DNA from: Sphingobacterium thalpophilum
GTDB taxonomy: Bacteria; Bacteroidota; Bacteroidia; Sphingobacteriales; Sphingobacteriaceae
Direction: 5' to 3'
Assembly: GCA_945865415.1 (NCBI GenBank)
Contig: CAMBFY010000001.1
Span: 1 to 55,895 of the forward strand
Length of the DNA: 55,895 nt
Shown here: positions 40,899 through 51,578 of the stretch, one piece after another
Layout of the letters: every line of letters starts with the position of its first letter
How positions within the stretch are numbered: position 1 is the stretch's first letter
The notes under the pieces: model-generated
Told to the model about the DNA's origin: nothing
Seen by the model: the letters and a program-made list of their open reading frames with translations, nothing else
The model's database searches: none
Position numbers and translations under genes: made by a program

Positions 40899-41596
40899 CT
40901 ATTTAAAAAATTAATCTCGAAACAAGCTTCCAAGGCGGCGGTTTCAGTCCTTAGCCTGGAATCACCGAGACTTATGGGTATAAATTTATGACTCAGAGCT
41001 GAATTGATCTCTGCCGAAGTAAAATCTCCTTCAGGACCAATCATTACAATGTAATCAGAATTAGGCTTGAATTGATCTTTAATAAAGAATTTTTCGCTTT
41101 CGACGCAATGAGCAATAAATCTATTGGTATGCTTAGTTTTGAGGATAATATCAGTAAAAGATTGTGGATCATTCAATTTAGGATGGAATGCTTTTATTGA
41201 CTGCTTAACTGCAGTGGTAATTAATTTGGTAAGACGCTCAGTTTTAAGCTCCCTACGCTCTGAACGTTCACAAATAATTGGCGTAATTTCATCTATTCCA
41301 ATCTCAGTAGCTTTCTCCAGAAACCATTCCAAACGCTCAATATTCTTGATAGGGGCAATAGCTATATGTAAATAGTAATTACGCAGACCATAATTATTTT
41401 GGACACGAAGGATATTAATCTTTGTCCTTTTGGGATGAGGTTCCTCTACAATTGCATCATAAAATCCACCCTTACCATCAACCAGATTAAGAACACTCCC
41501 TTTCTGAAATCTTAAAACCTTTATACAATGCTTACTCTCTTCTTCATTCAGGATATAAGTATCAGAATTTACATCAGGAGTATAGAAAATATGCAT
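40895..41596 (-). CDS. rsmE: 16S rRNA m3U1498 methyltransferase
   Basis: HCIKVLR, EKATEIG, IGPEGDF, LGDSRLRTETA. Confidence 0.96.
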   Translation of the reverse strand: MHIFYTPDVNSDTYILNEEESKHCIKVLRFQKGSVLNLVDGKGGFYDAIVEEPHPKRTKINILRVQNNYGLRNYYLHIAIAPIKNIERLEWFLEKATEIGIDEITPIICERSERRELKTERLTKLITTAVKQSIKAFHPKLNDPQSFTDIILKTKHTNRFIAHCVESEKFFIKDQFKPNSDYIVMIGPEGDFTSAEINSALSHKFIPISLGDSRLRTETAALEACFEINFLNR

Positions 41597-41611
41597 GAAT
41601 GGCCCTCCGGA

Positions 41612-42931
41612 TTAACGAATATCAACAGCATCTTCGTTATTAATTACTAACTCAAGTTTTACTGATTCAACATTCTGATCAGCCTTCTTTAAGATGGTAA
41701 TAAGATATCCATTGAATTCACTTGCTTCTCCCACATCAGGTATCTTTCCAAAAATCTCACTAACCAGACCTGCTACAGTATCATAGTCACCATCTTCAGG
41801 AAGATCATGCGGCAGGTATTCATTCACATCATAAATTGAAGCAGTAGCATCAATGATGAATTCATTGTCAGTTACTTTTTCGACAATTGGCTTTTCTTCA
41901 TCGTACTCATCTTGAATATCACCAACAAGTTCTTCTACAATATCTTCAGCAGTAACCATTCCAGCTGTACCTCCAAACTCATCAAGGACAATCGCAATCT
42001 GTATCCGTTTTAACTGCAATTCACTTAAAAGGTCATTGATTTTTTTTGTTTCTGGTATGAAATAAGGTTTTCGGATTATATCTTTAAGTATGCACTCCTT
42101 ATTGTCTGCTAATAGTGGTAAAATATCCTTAGCATGGACGATTCCAACGATCTTATCAATTGTTTCATCGTATACAGGAATTCTGGAATATCCCTCACTA
42201 ATAATTATATTCAATACTTCCTTATGAGGCGTGTTTAGTTCAATGCCTGATATCTTTGTCCTTGGCACCATGATATTCTTAACAACTCGGTCATTGAAAT
42301 CAAAAACATTCTTGATAAGCTCGTGTTCATTTGTTTCAAGCGCCCCACTTTCTTTACCCTGATCAAGAAGATATTGTAGCTCCTCAGAACTATGGTGTGC
42401 TTCATGACCTCCAATAGTGGCAATCCCAAGTAATCTTAATATGAAATTTGCAAAACCATTCAGTAACCATATAAATGGCCTGAAAATTAGGTAAAAGAAA
42501 TGGAGTGGTAAGGCAATACCCATTGTTGTACCAATTGGACGCTGTATTGCCAGAGATTTAGGAGCCAGCTCTCCAAATACAATATGCAATATCGTAATAA
42601 TCGCAAAGGCAAGAACATGACCAATATTAGTGGCCACAGAAGAGGTCATATCAATATTTATTAAATTGAAGAAATTACTGACAATTCTTGTCATTACTTC
42701 TTCACCTACCCAACCCAATCCAAGCGAGGCTAATGTAATTCCGAGCTGAGTTGCAGCAAGATAACCATCCAAATGCCGGGTCATATGCTTAGCTATCTTA
42801 GCTACACGACTTCCGGTTTTGGCTTTAATTTCAATTTGTGAAGCACGCACTTTAACCAAAGCAAATTCAGCAGCCACAAAAAAGCCGTTAAGAAAAACAA
42901 GGAAAAGTGTAAAAAATAGCGCGAGGCCCAT
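41612..42931 (-). CDS. HlyC/CorC (CNNM-CBS-CorC) hemolysin-family transporter
   Basis: NGFFVAAEFA, QLGIT, GELAPK, MVPR, YSRIPV, DEFGG, EDIVEELVG. Confidence 0.93.
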   Translation of the reverse strand: MGLALFFTLFLVFLNGFFVAAEFALVKVRASQIEIKAKTGSRVAKIAKHMTRHLDGYLAATQLGITLASLGLGWVGEEVMTRIVSNFFNLINIDMTSSVATNIGHVLAFAIITILHIVFGELAPKSLAIQRPIGTTMGIALPLHFFYLIFRPFIWLLNGFANFILRLLGIATIGGHEAHHSSEELQYLLDQGKESGALETNEHELIKNVFDFNDRVVKNIMVPRTKISGIELNTPHKEVLNIIISEGYSRIPVYDETIDKIVGIVHAKDILPLLADNKECILKDIIRKPYFIPETKKINDLLSELQLKRIQIAIVLDEFGGTAGMVTAEDIVEELVGDIQDEYDEEKPIVEKVTDNEFIIDATASIYDVNEYLPHDLPEDGDYDTVAGLVSEIFGKIPDVGEASEFNGYLITILKKADQNVESVKLELVINNEDAVDIR

Positions 42932-42936
42932 GTTAT

Positions 42937-43479
42937 TTATTTATTTAAGAATGTGGTCTTATATAACTCAAGACTTTCCTTTATTACTTTAAATGCATAA
43001 TTTTTGCCAAGTAAATGTTCTATGCTAACATTTTTACGCTCTAAAGCCTTGTAGTCCTGAAAAAAACGAACGATCTCAGTCATTGTGTGTGGAGGCAATT
43101 CTTTCAGGTCTTCAATATAATTTACGGACATATCATGCCTTGCAACGGCGATAATTTTGTCGTCTTGTTCACCATTATCAACCATATGCATTACACCGAC
43201 AACTTTTGCTTCTACAATTGCCATTGGAAATACATCAACAGAACAAAGTACTAATATATCTAAAGGATCTTTATCATCACAATATGTCTGAGGAATAAAA
43301 CCATAATTAGCCGGGTACATTACAGATGAAAAAAGTACACGATCCAATTTGATCAAACCTGAATCTTTATCTATCTCGTATTTAGCTTTCGAACCTTTAG
43401 GAATTTCAATAATTGCATTTACATGCGATGGGATATCTTCGCCAGGGGAAACTTTATGCCAAGGATGGTCTTTACTCAT
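42937..43479 (-). CDS. ppa: Inorganic pyrophosphatase (family I)
   Basis: HPWH, KYEIDK, YPANYGFIPQT..DDKDPLD, DDKII, FFQDYK. Confidence 0.97.
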   Translation of the reverse strand: MSKDHPWHKVSPGEDIPSHVNAIIEIPKGSKAKYEIDKDSGLIKLDRVLFSSVMYPANYGFIPQTYCDDKDPLDILVLCSVDVFPMAIVEAKVVGVMHMVDNGEQDDKIIAVARHDMSVNYIEDLKELPPHTMTEIVRFFQDYKALERKNVSIEHLLGKNYAFKVIKESLELYKTTFLNK

Positions 43480-43483
43480 TTAC

Positions 43484-44143
43484 TTAAGGATATTGCTGTT
43501 CATCATCACTTTTTTCTCCTTCAATCTTCCTTTTTAAATAGGTTACTATTAATGGTATAGTAGTCATCAGTATGAATCCAATAACTATAAATAAAAGATA
43601 ATCACTAATCTCCTGCTCAAAACTCCTGCCAAGAAAATAGCCCAACAAAGTTAAGGATGTAATCCAAAGTATAGCACCCGAAACATTATAAAATGCAAAT
43701 TTTTTGAAATCCAGCTTTACAATTCCAGCAATAATCGGAGCGAAAGTACGAACAATTGGAATGAACCTGCCCATAATCAATGCGAAAGCACCTTGCTTTC
43801 TGTAATAAACTTCAGCGGCTTTAAGATATTTCTTTTTGAAAAAAAATGAATCATCCCGCTGGTATAAAACAGGTCCTGTTCGCTTCCCAAACCAATATCC
43901 AACAAAATTGCCAACAATTGCAGCCAGGATCAAACCGATAACTAGGATGTAAATTGATACATCCAATTTATCTGTGGCAACAAACATTCCTGCCAAAAAC
44001 AAAAGATAATCTCCCGGGAGGAAAAATCCGAAAAACAAACCAGTTTCCGCAAAAATCACAAATAAAAGCAGGTAAAAACCTCCTTCACGAAGCAATTTTA
44101 TAGGATCAATAAGATGTTGAAAGTAGTCCCAGAACTCGTGCAT
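43484..44143 (-). CDS. DedA family membrane protein
   Basis: FAETGLFFGFFLPGD, GRFIPIVRTFAP. Confidence 0.95.
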   Translation of the reverse strand: MHEFWDYFQHLIDPIKLLREGGFYLLLFVIFAETGLFFGFFLPGDYLLFLAGMFVATDKLDVSIYILVIGLILAAIVGNFVGYWFGKRTGPVLYQRDDSFFFKKKYLKAAEVYYRKQGAFALIMGRFIPIVRTFAPIIAGIVKLDFKKFAFYNVSGAILWITSLTLLGYFLGRSFEQEISDYLLFIVIGFILMTTIPLIVTYLKRKIEGEKSDDEQQYP

Positions 44144-44188
44144 AAAATCTACATGCGTAAAGTTACGATATTTAAATAATTATTTGGC

Positions 44189-45568
44189 TTAGAAAAGATT
44201 GGATATGAAACCCGGATATATCCCAACAACTATCGTTAAGAAGGCAGAAAAACCAAGAACAAAATTGAAATATGGTGATGCCTGAATTTCTGAACGCTCT
44301 GCAGACTTAAAATACATTGCTACGACTACTCTCAAATAATAATAGATTCCAATTAAAGCATTTACAACTGCAAGCATTACGAGCCAGATATGATATTCGG
44401 ACAAAGCAGTTGAGAACATCATAAATTTGCCTATGAACCCAGCAGTTAATGGTATCCCCGCGAGTGAAAGCATAGCCACAGTGAGTGTAAATGCCATAAA
44501 TGGATTTCTTTTTGCGAGTCCTTTGAAACTATCAAAATTATCAGACCCGGTTTGACCCTTTACAAGAATAAGCACAGCAAATGCAATTATTGAAGCTATG
44601 GAATAAGCACTTGCATAAAGAAAAACAGCATTACCAGAATCGGGTCCTAAAGCTATTATTGCAAATAACATATAACCGGCGTGGGAGATACTGGAAAAAG
44701 CAAGCATCCTTTTAAAGCTGTGCTGGTATAAAGCAGTAACATTCCCGATAAACAGCGTTAATATTGCTATCACCAAAAGAACAGGCATCCAGAACTCATG
44801 AAGTGGCGCAAAACAGATCATAAATAAACGTAAGAATGCTGCAAATCCTGCCGTTTTAACTACTGTACTCATGAAGGCAGTTATAATTGTCGGAGATCCT
44901 TCATACACATCCGGAGTCCAAAAATGAAATGGAGCAGCACCGACCTTAAAACTTAATCCGATGATCATTAAAGTTAGTCCGGTATAAAACAATGGGGAAA
45001 TATTTACAGAATTTGATATAACATACTCTTTAATATCTCCAAGGTCAAAGCTTCCGGTAGATCCATAGAGGAATGCAATTCCCATCAATAGAAACCCTGT
45101 TGAAAAGGCACCTGTCAAAAAATACTTCAATGCAGCTTCATTAGACTTAAAATCATTTTTACGAATGCCAGCAAGAATATAAAGACTTACAGACATGATC
45201 TCAATTCCAATAAAGAGCATAGATAGATTATTGAATGAAACCATTACCAAGATTCCGATAAGAGCGAAAAGCATGATTGCATAATATTCTGCAACATTTT
45301 CACTTATTCTTTCAAAATAATCTTTGGATATTAGTAAAATAAGCATGGTTGACACAATACCAATTGATGTAAATGCCACGGCAAAATTATCAAACTGCAT
45401 CATTCCGCTATAAATAGGCGTAGCACCTGAATTCCACTCAAGCAAGGCAAGAATAAGTCCGGAAGCTAATCCAATCATACTAACTGGCAGTAAAGCATTT
45501 TTTGCCTTATACAAGCCTAAGTAAAGAACCAGTATGGCTAAAATAGATAGGGTTATTAATGCGTTCAT
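44189..45568 (-). CDS. nuoN: NADH-quinone oxidoreductase subunit N
   Basis: EAALKYF, FKVGAAPFHFWTPDVYEG, KRMLAFSSISHAG, SLAGIP. Confidence 0.96.
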   Translation of the reverse strand: MNALITLSILAILVLYLGLYKAKNALLPVSMIGLASGLILALLEWNSGATPIYSGMMQFDNFAVAFTSIGIVSTMLILLISKDYFERISENVAEYYAIMLFALIGILVMVSFNNLSMLFIGIEIMSVSLYILAGIRKNDFKSNEAALKYFLTGAFSTGFLLMGIAFLYGSTGSFDLGDIKEYVISNSVNISPLFYTGLTLMIIGLSFKVGAAPFHFWTPDVYEGSPTIITAFMSTVVKTAGFAAFLRLFMICFAPLHEFWMPVLLVIAILTLFIGNVTALYQHSFKRMLAFSSISHAGYMLFAIIALGPDSGNAVFLYASAYSIASIIAFAVLILVKGQTGSDNFDSFKGLAKRNPFMAFTLTVAMLSLAGIPLTAGFIGKFMMFSTALSEYHIWLVMLAVVNALIGIYYYLRVVVAMYFKSAERSEIQASPYFNFVLGFSAFLTIVVGIYPGFISNLF

Positions 45569-45572
45569 GCTT

Positions 45573-47036
45573 TTATTTAACTAATATTTTTTGATTGACC
45601 TGATCTAACAGGTTAATAACTGCTGCCTCTGAAATATGAAGGATTGGTTGAGGATAAACCCCTATTAAAATTACAAGGAGAGAGATAATTAATAGAACTG
45701 ATTTCTCTGTTCCATTAAGATCTTCAAAAATTGCGGTACTTGAATTTACAGGTCCAAGCATCACCTTTTGATACATTCTAAGCATATAAACTGCACCAAA
45801 TATGATGGTTAAACCAGATATTGCAGCAAGCCAGATATTATAATTGTAGACACCCATCAAAAGTAAGAATTCTCCAACGAACCCATTTGTAAGTGGTAAA
45901 GCGACAGTTCCCAATAAGACTGTAAGGAAAGTGATTGCAAGAATTGGTGCTGGTTTTGCAATTCCTCCCATCTGTGTCATATCGCGGGTATTTAATCTTC
46001 GGATTAATATATCTGCTATAAAAAACATTCCAACAACATTGATACCGTGATTAAGCATTTGAATCATTGCACCTTGGAGGCCTTGCATGTTCCAGGCAAA
46101 AATTCCAGCAGAAATAAGCCCTACGTGGGCAATTGATGAATAAGCAATCAGTCTTTTAACATCATTTTGTGTAGATGCAATTATTGATGCATAAACTATA
46201 CCTATCACTGACAAAATCAATGCTGTTTCACCCCATGCATCAAAACCGAGTGGCGCAACAGGAATTAACCAGCGAATAATACCATAAATACCCATCTTGA
46301 GCATAATGCCTGAGAGAAGCATAGTTCCTGCAGTCGGAGCTTCAGTATACGTATCGGGTTGCCATGTATGAAAAGGAAATACAGGCATTTTAATTGCAAA
46401 TGCAATGAAGAACGCCCAAAATATACACGCCTGAGTTGTAGAATCAAGTTCAAGCTTATAAAACTCTGCAATGTCATAGCTATTACCTGAAGTTTGAAGA
46501 TGAAGGTAGATAATTGCCAGCAACATTAATAAACTACCTGAGATAGTATAAATGAAAAATTTTAAGTTAACATTAATCCGATTTTCTCCGCCCCATAATG
46601 CACAAATGAAGTATATCGGTATCAATGCTGCTTCCCATCCGACGTAAAATAAAAATCCATCCAAAGCAGTAAAGACAAGCAATAAACCTGTCTGCATAAA
46701 AAATATCAATGCGTAAAATGCTTTAGGATTTTTTATATCATGGTTGTAGGTAGATAAAACAATGATCGGGATGAGAAAATTCGTTAATAACAACATCAAC
46801 AAGCTTATCCCATCAACTCCGGCCTTAAAGTTTATCCCAAATTGAGGAATCCAGGGCAGATCAACAAGAAACTGGGTGCTTGCATCTGGAACAAAATTCA
46901 GATACAAAAAAATAGTAATACCAAAGGATACCAGAGAAAATACCCCTGATAGTCCCTTCACTATTGTATTTCCTGAAAGGAGTATGACCAGTGCAGCTAT
47001 AAGTGGAATAAGAATTTGTAACAGTAAGATTTCCAT
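45573..47036 (-). CDS. nuoM: NADH-quinone oxidoreductase subunit M
   Basis: GVDGIS, KMPVFPFHTWQP, LKMGIYG, KRLIAYSS, GFVGEF. Confidence 0.96.
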   Translation of the reverse strand: MEILLLQILIPLIAALVILLSGNTIVKGLSGVFSLVSFGITIFLYLNFVPDASTQFLVDLPWIPQFGINFKAGVDGISLLMLLLTNFLIPIIVLSTYNHDIKNPKAFYALIFFMQTGLLLVFTALDGFLFYVGWEAALIPIYFICALWGGENRINVNLKFFIYTISGSLLMLLAIIYLHLQTSGNSYDIAEFYKLELDSTTQACIFWAFFIAFAIKMPVFPFHTWQPDTYTEAPTAGTMLLSGIMLKMGIYGIIRWLIPVAPLGFDAWGETALILSVIGIVYASIIASTQNDVKRLIAYSSIAHVGLISAGIFAWNMQGLQGAMIQMLNHGINVVGMFFIADILIRRLNTRDMTQMGGIAKPAPILAITFLTVLLGTVALPLTNGFVGEFLLLMGVYNYNIWLAAISGLTIIFGAVYMLRMYQKVMLGPVNSSTAIFEDLNGTEKSVLLIISLLVILIGVYPQPILHISEAAVINLLDQVNQKILVK

Positions 47037-47059
47037 TTAAATTGTTCTACTCATTAACA

Positions 47060-48967
47060 TTAAATTTTGTAAATACTATAAACCAGTAAGGCAAGGATTC
47101 CGGCTACCATCATAAAGATGTAAAAGCCTACCATACCGGATTGAAGTAATCTAAAAGTTTTACTTGCCTCCAATGCTCCTTTTCCAAAGCCATTAACAAA
47201 ACAATCAATTCCTGCTTTATCCACAATTTTAAAAAAGAAGCCAGACAAAGAATTAAGTGGTTGTGTAATGATTTTGTCATAGATCTCATCTATGAAAAAC
47301 TTGTTATAAGAGAGTCTTGCTAGTCCGCTGCGACCAGTGATATCATCAACCGGAATATGAAATTGCTTGACATAACGGTTATAGGCATAAAGCATTGCAA
47401 TGATTGCAGCTCCAATAGAAACAGCCATAAGTATATATTCAGTAGTATGATCCAGCGTGTGAATAACTGATTTGGAGGCTGAAACCTCAAAAACAGGTGC
47501 AAGGAAAGCGGCTAACCAATGACTTCCACCAAATACTGCAGGAATACCAATCAATCCACCTAAAGCTGACAAAATTGCAAGAACTATTAAAGGAATTGTC
47601 ATAGATGCCGGTGATTCATGTAAATGATTTTCCTGCTCTGTTGTTCCTCTGAATTTTCCATTAAACGTCAGATATATCATCCTGAACATGTAAAACGAAG
47701 TAAACATTGCACCAACAAGAGCGATCAGCCAAAAAACTTTATTATTTTCATAAACCTGCGCAAGTATTTCATCTTTTGAAAAAAAGCCGGAAAAAGGAGG
47801 TAAGCCTGCAATTGCAATAGTACCGATCATCATGCTCAGGTAGGTTATTGGCAATTTCTTTTTTAGTCCACCCATATTTCGCATGTCCTGTTCATTACTC
47901 ATAGCATGAATTACGGACCCAGCACCAAGGAAAAGTAAAGCTTTAAAAAACGCATGGGTGATTACATGAAAAAAAGCACCGGTGTAAGCACCAACTCCCA
48001 ATCCAAGGAACATATAACCTAACTGAGAAACTGTAGAATAAGCTAATACTTTTTTGATATCAGTTTGAGTTACAGCAATTGAAGCAGCAAGAAATAAAGT
48101 AGCAAGACCAATAATGGCTACTACCCCCAGAGTTGCAGGAGCAAGTGTAAATAAGATATTGGAACGGGCAATCATATAAATACCCGCAGTAACCATTGTT
48201 GCTGCATGGATAAGGGCTGATACTGGAGTTGGACCGGCCATAGCATCAGGCAACCAGGTAAACAGCGGGATTTGTGCTGATTTTCCAATCGCTCCCACAA
48301 AAAGTAAGGCAGTAATCAATACTAGAACTGAGTCGCCCGAGACCATATTTGCTGCCTGCGGAAAAACAGCAGCAAACTCTACACTATTAAAAGTTGTGAA
48401 AATCAGAAAAACCGCAATAAGAAAGCCTAAATCACCAATACGGTTCATCACGAAAGCCTTTTTTGCAGCACTTGCGTACGATGGGTTACTGAACCAGAAT
48501 CCAATCAGCAGGTAAGAACACAAGCCTACACCTTCCCATCCTATGAACATAATGACATAATTGGACCCAAGCACCAATAGCAGCATGAAAAATATGAACA
48601 GATTCAGATAGGAAAAAAATTTTCCGAAACCTGTATCTTGGTGCATGTACCCTGTAGAATATACGTGGATCAGAAACCCGATTCCAGTTACAATCAATAA
48701 CATTATTGCACTCAGCGGATCAATCAGGAAAGAGAAAGGAATCTTCACATTTCCTGCACTTATCCAGTCAAAAATTGGGACAATGAATGACTTTGCTTCT
48801 GCTGAATTCAGTTCGAAGAAAATTCCCAAACTGACTGCGAAAGAGGCGAGAACAGAAAGGCAACCCACAAATCCAACAGCTGTTTTGGGCAGTATATTAC
48901 GGCATAATCCGTTGATAAGGAAACCCAAAAGTGGAAATAAAGGAACTAACCAAACTAAATTTATCAT
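47060..48967 (-). CDS. nuoL: NADH-quinone oxidoreductase subunit L
   Basis: GKSAQIPLFTWLPDAMAGPTPVSALIHAATMV, THAFFKALLF, GFFSKDEIL. Confidence 0.97.
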   Translation of the reverse strand: MINLVWLVPLFPLLGFLINGLCRNILPKTAVGFVGCLSVLASFAVSLGIFFELNSAEAKSFIVPIFDWISAGNVKIPFSFLIDPLSAIMLLIVTGIGFLIHVYSTGYMHQDTGFGKFFSYLNLFIFFMLLLVLGSNYVIMFIGWEGVGLCSYLLIGFWFSNPSYASAAKKAFVMNRIGDLGFLIAVFLIFTTFNSVEFAAVFPQAANMVSGDSVLVLITALLFVGAIGKSAQIPLFTWLPDAMAGPTPVSALIHAATMVTAGIYMIARSNILFTLAPATLGVVAIIGLATLFLAASIAVTQTDIKKVLAYSTVSQLGYMFLGLGVGAYTGAFFHVITHAFFKALLFLGAGSVIHAMSNEQDMRNMGGLKKKLPITYLSMMIGTIAIAGLPPFSGFFSKDEILAQVYENNKVFWLIALVGAMFTSFYMFRMIYLTFNGKFRGTTEQENHLHESPASMTIPLIVLAILSALGGLIGIPAVFGGSHWLAAFLAPVFEVSASKSVIHTLDHTTEYILMAVSIGAAIIAMLYAYNRYVKQFHIPVDDITGRSGLARLSYNKFFIDEIYDKIITQPLNSLSGFFFKIVDKAGIDCFVNGFGKGALEASKTFRLLQSGMVGFYIFMMVAGILALLVYSIYKI

Positions 48968-49042
48968 TATTATATGCTAATTATCATATTAATCACCCAA
49001 TCAATCTTTTTGCTATCTGGCAGATTGAATATCAGCAAAAAA

Positions 49043-49372
49043 TTACCACTTAAGTTTATTCAAAATATTTACATCCGTTGAGTTAATATTTCGGTAAACC
49101 ATTACAATTATGGCCAAACCAATAGCCACTTCTGCGGCTGCTAAGGCCATAATAAAAAAAACAAAAACCTGTCCTGAAGGATCATTATGATGAACTGAAA
49201 ATACAGTGAGTAACAGATTTACGGCATTTAACATCAATTCTATCGACATGAAAATAACAATTGCATTTCTGCGGATCAACACACCAATTACGCCAATTGC
49301 AAAAATGATTGTACTTAAAAGAATGTAATGATTTAAAGGTACACCTTGAATTGCCTGAGTTACGTTTTCCAT
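49043..49372 (-). CDS. nuoK: NADH-quinone oxidoreductase subunit K
   Basis: RRNAI, IELMLN, AAAEVAIGLA. Confidence 0.96.
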   Translation of the reverse strand: MENVTQAIQGVPLNHYILLSTIIFAIGVIGVLIRRNAIVIFMSIELMLNAVNLLLTVFSVHHNDPSGQVFVFFIMALAAAEVAIGLAIIVMVYRNINSTDVNILNKLKW

Positions 49373-49375
49373 AAT

Positions 49376-49882
49376 CTACCCATGTTTAATATCTTTTTTA
49401 GCTAATAAAACAGCTCCGACCATAGCTGAAAGTAAGAGAATAGATGAAATCTCAAACGGTAATAGGAATTTGCTGAACAAGACCTTTCCCAGATTTTTCA
49501 CAAGACCCAAATCCTGAGTCTGAAGAACCAGAGGATCAGATGCATTCAATGCCTTTACAGATCCAATAAGTGTGATTACCAGACACATCCCTGCTATTAC
49601 ACCAACCATTTTAAGAAGATTGGATTTCGAACCGATTGAACCTTCATTTAGATTGAGTAACATGAGGACAAAAAGAAATAGCACCATTATTGCACCCATG
49701 TATACAATGAAATTCACTATAGCAAGAAATTGTGCATTGAGCATAATATAGTGCAAAGTGAATGTAAAAAAAGTGACGATAAGATAAAGCACGCTATGAA
49801 CCGGATTCTTCGAAAAAATCACCAAAAGGGCGAAGAATAAAGTTAAAAAAGCAACAAAATAAAAAAGAGATACACTCATCAA
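49376..49882 (-). CDS. nuoJ: NADH-quinone oxidoreductase subunit J (TTG 49882 or ATG 49879)
   Basis: NPVHS, VYMGAIMVLFLFVLMLL, PFEISSILLL. Confidence 0.95.
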   Translation of the reverse strand: MMSVSLFYFVAFLTLFFALLVIFSKNPVHSVLYLIVTFFTFTLHYIMLNAQFLAIVNFIVYMGAIMVLFLFVLMLLNLNEGSIGSKSNLLKMVGVIAGMCLVITLIGSVKALNASDPLVLQTQDLGLVKNLGKVLFSKFLLPFEISSILLLSAMVGAVLLAKKDIKHG

Positions 49883-49914
49883 TAAGGTAATTTAATCTTC
49901 ACTCCCATTTTGGG

Positions 49915-49922
49915 CAAAGGTA
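49915..49922 (-). promoter_or_regulatory. Operon-internal primary-sigma -7 element upstream of nuoJ
   Basis: TACCTTTG on the minus strand in the 90-bp nuoI-nuoJ gap. Confidence 0.45.
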
Positions 49923-49972
49923 TAATTTCTGCCGAAATAATTACAGGTTCCGGCCTACTCAATTCAAAAATA

Positions 49973-50479
49973 TTAGTCCTGCTGAGCCATCATAGGCTCC
50001 TCAACCAACTTATCTTTACCATAGATAAAATCTTTTCTGAGGTAGTCTGCCGGAACAATTGGACCATCCAGATAGATTGCTTCTTTAGGACAGGCTTCTT
50101 CACACAATCCGCAAAATATGCAACGCAACATGTTGATCTCATAGACAGCTGCATATTTCTCTTCTCGATAAAAAGCTTCTTCACCTTTCTGACGTTCTGC
50201 TGCAATCATAGTGATTGCTTCTGCCGGACAAGAAAGTGCGCAGAGACCGCATGCAGTACATCGCTCACGACCTTCTTCATCCCTTTTAAGTGAATGCATT
50301 CCTCTCCAATTCTCAGAAAACTCACGTTCAATCTCGGGATAAAAAATAGTTTCCTTCTTTTTGAACATGTGTTTGAAAGTTATTCCCATCCCCTGAAATA
50401 TTGCCGGAAGATATAATCTTTCCCAGAAATTCATCGGTTTCTGTTCTAAAACTTTTTTCCTGTTACTTAATGGTTCCAT
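49973..50479 (-). CDS. nuoI: NADH-quinone oxidoreductase subunit I
   Basis: CTACGLCALSCP and CIFCGLCEEACP. Confidence 0.96.
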   Translation of the reverse strand: MEPLSNRKKVLEQKPMNFWERLYLPAIFQGMGITFKHMFKKKETIFYPEIEREFSENWRGMHSLKRDEEGRERCTACGLCALSCPAEAITMIAAERQKGEEAFYREEKYAAVYEINMLRCIFCGLCEEACPKEAIYLDGPIVPADYLRKDFIYGKDKLVEEPMMAQQD

Positions 50480-50540
50480 AAACCTTAAATCCTCCTCAAA
50501 GGGGTTTTAATTATTGATTAAACGGTCAATTGCAGACCAA

Positions 50541-51578
50541 TTATAATTTGTCAATTAATGTAATTACAATACCGGTAATTACTATGTTGGCAATTGCCAA
50601 AGGAATTAAAATTTTCCAACCGAGATTCATCAACTGATCGTATCTGAAACGAGGTACAGTCCATCTCACCCACATAAACAGGAAGATAAATGCAAATATC
50701 TTTAGAATCAGGACACCCATTCCAATTAATGGCCCAAACAAAGGCCCAAGAAGTTCATTTACAAAATCCATCCCGGGATAATTATACCCACCAAAATATA
50801 ATGTTGACATCACCGCAGAAGCCAAAAACATATTCAGATACTCGGCGAACATAAACGCTCCCATTTTGAAGCCCGAGTACTCAGTATGGTAACCACCCAC
50901 AAGTTCAGTCTCACACTCAGGTAAATCGAAAGGGGTTCGGTTGGTTTCTGCAAAAGAACAAATAAGGAAAACAAGGAATCCGACAGGCTGATAAAAAATA
51001 TTCCAATTAATTCCATGCTGCTGCTCAGCTATTTCTTTCATACTAAGGGTATTGGTAAGCATAAGCAATGCTATAATAGATAATCCCATCGGAATTTCGT
51101 AGCTGATACTTTGGGAAGCAGCCCTAACAGCACCCATCAGTGAAAACTTATTATTTGAAGCCCATCCCCCAATCATAATTCCATAAACGCCCAATGAAAC
51201 TACTCCGAAAATATAGAGTATTCCAACATTGATATCCGTAATCTGTAAACTAACCTGTCGACCCAATAGCTCAACATCCTGGCCCCAGGGGATAACAGCA
51301 CTACCAAGAAATGATGTAAACAATGCCAGAGATGGTCCTAAAATAAAAAGAGCTTTACTTGAATCTGTAGGAATAATTTCTTCCTTAAAAAACATTTTGA
51401 GTCCATCAGCAAGTGGCTGGAACATTCCACCGGGACCCGCCCTGTTTGGCCCAACCCTGTCTTGAAGGAAACCTGCAATCTTTCTCTCCGCAAGTGTAGA
51501 ATAGGCAGCAATGGTAAGACTGACTAAAAATATGACTAAAATTAGTCCGAATTTCTCAATTATAAACGCTAGTTCCAT
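50541..51578 (-). CDS. nuoH: NADH-quinone oxidoreductase subunit H
   Basis: QDRVGPNR, ADGLK, ETNRTPFDLPE, TEYS, PRFRYDQLM. Confidence 0.97.
   Translation of the reverse strand: MELAFIIEKFGLILVIFLVSLTIAAYSTLAERKIAGFLQDRVGPNRAGPGGMFQPLADGLKMFFKEEIIPTDSSKALFILGPSLALFTSFLGSAVIPWGQDVELLGRQVSLQITDINVGILYIFGVVSLGVYGIMIGGWASNNKFSLMGAVRAASQSISYEIPMGLSIIALLMLTNTLSMKEIAEQQHGINWNIFYQPVGFLVFLICSFAETNRTPFDLPECETELVGGYHTEYSGFKMGAFMFAEYLNMFLASAVMSTLYFGGYNYPGMDFVNELLGPLFGPLIGMGVLILKIFAFIFLFMWVRWTVPRFRYDQLMNLGWKILIPLAIANIVITGIVITLIDKL

Noticed and set aside
41612-42931. Haemolysin toxin
   Set aside because: CNNM-CBS-CorC architecture indicates a Mg/Co transport-related protein; the family name is historical.
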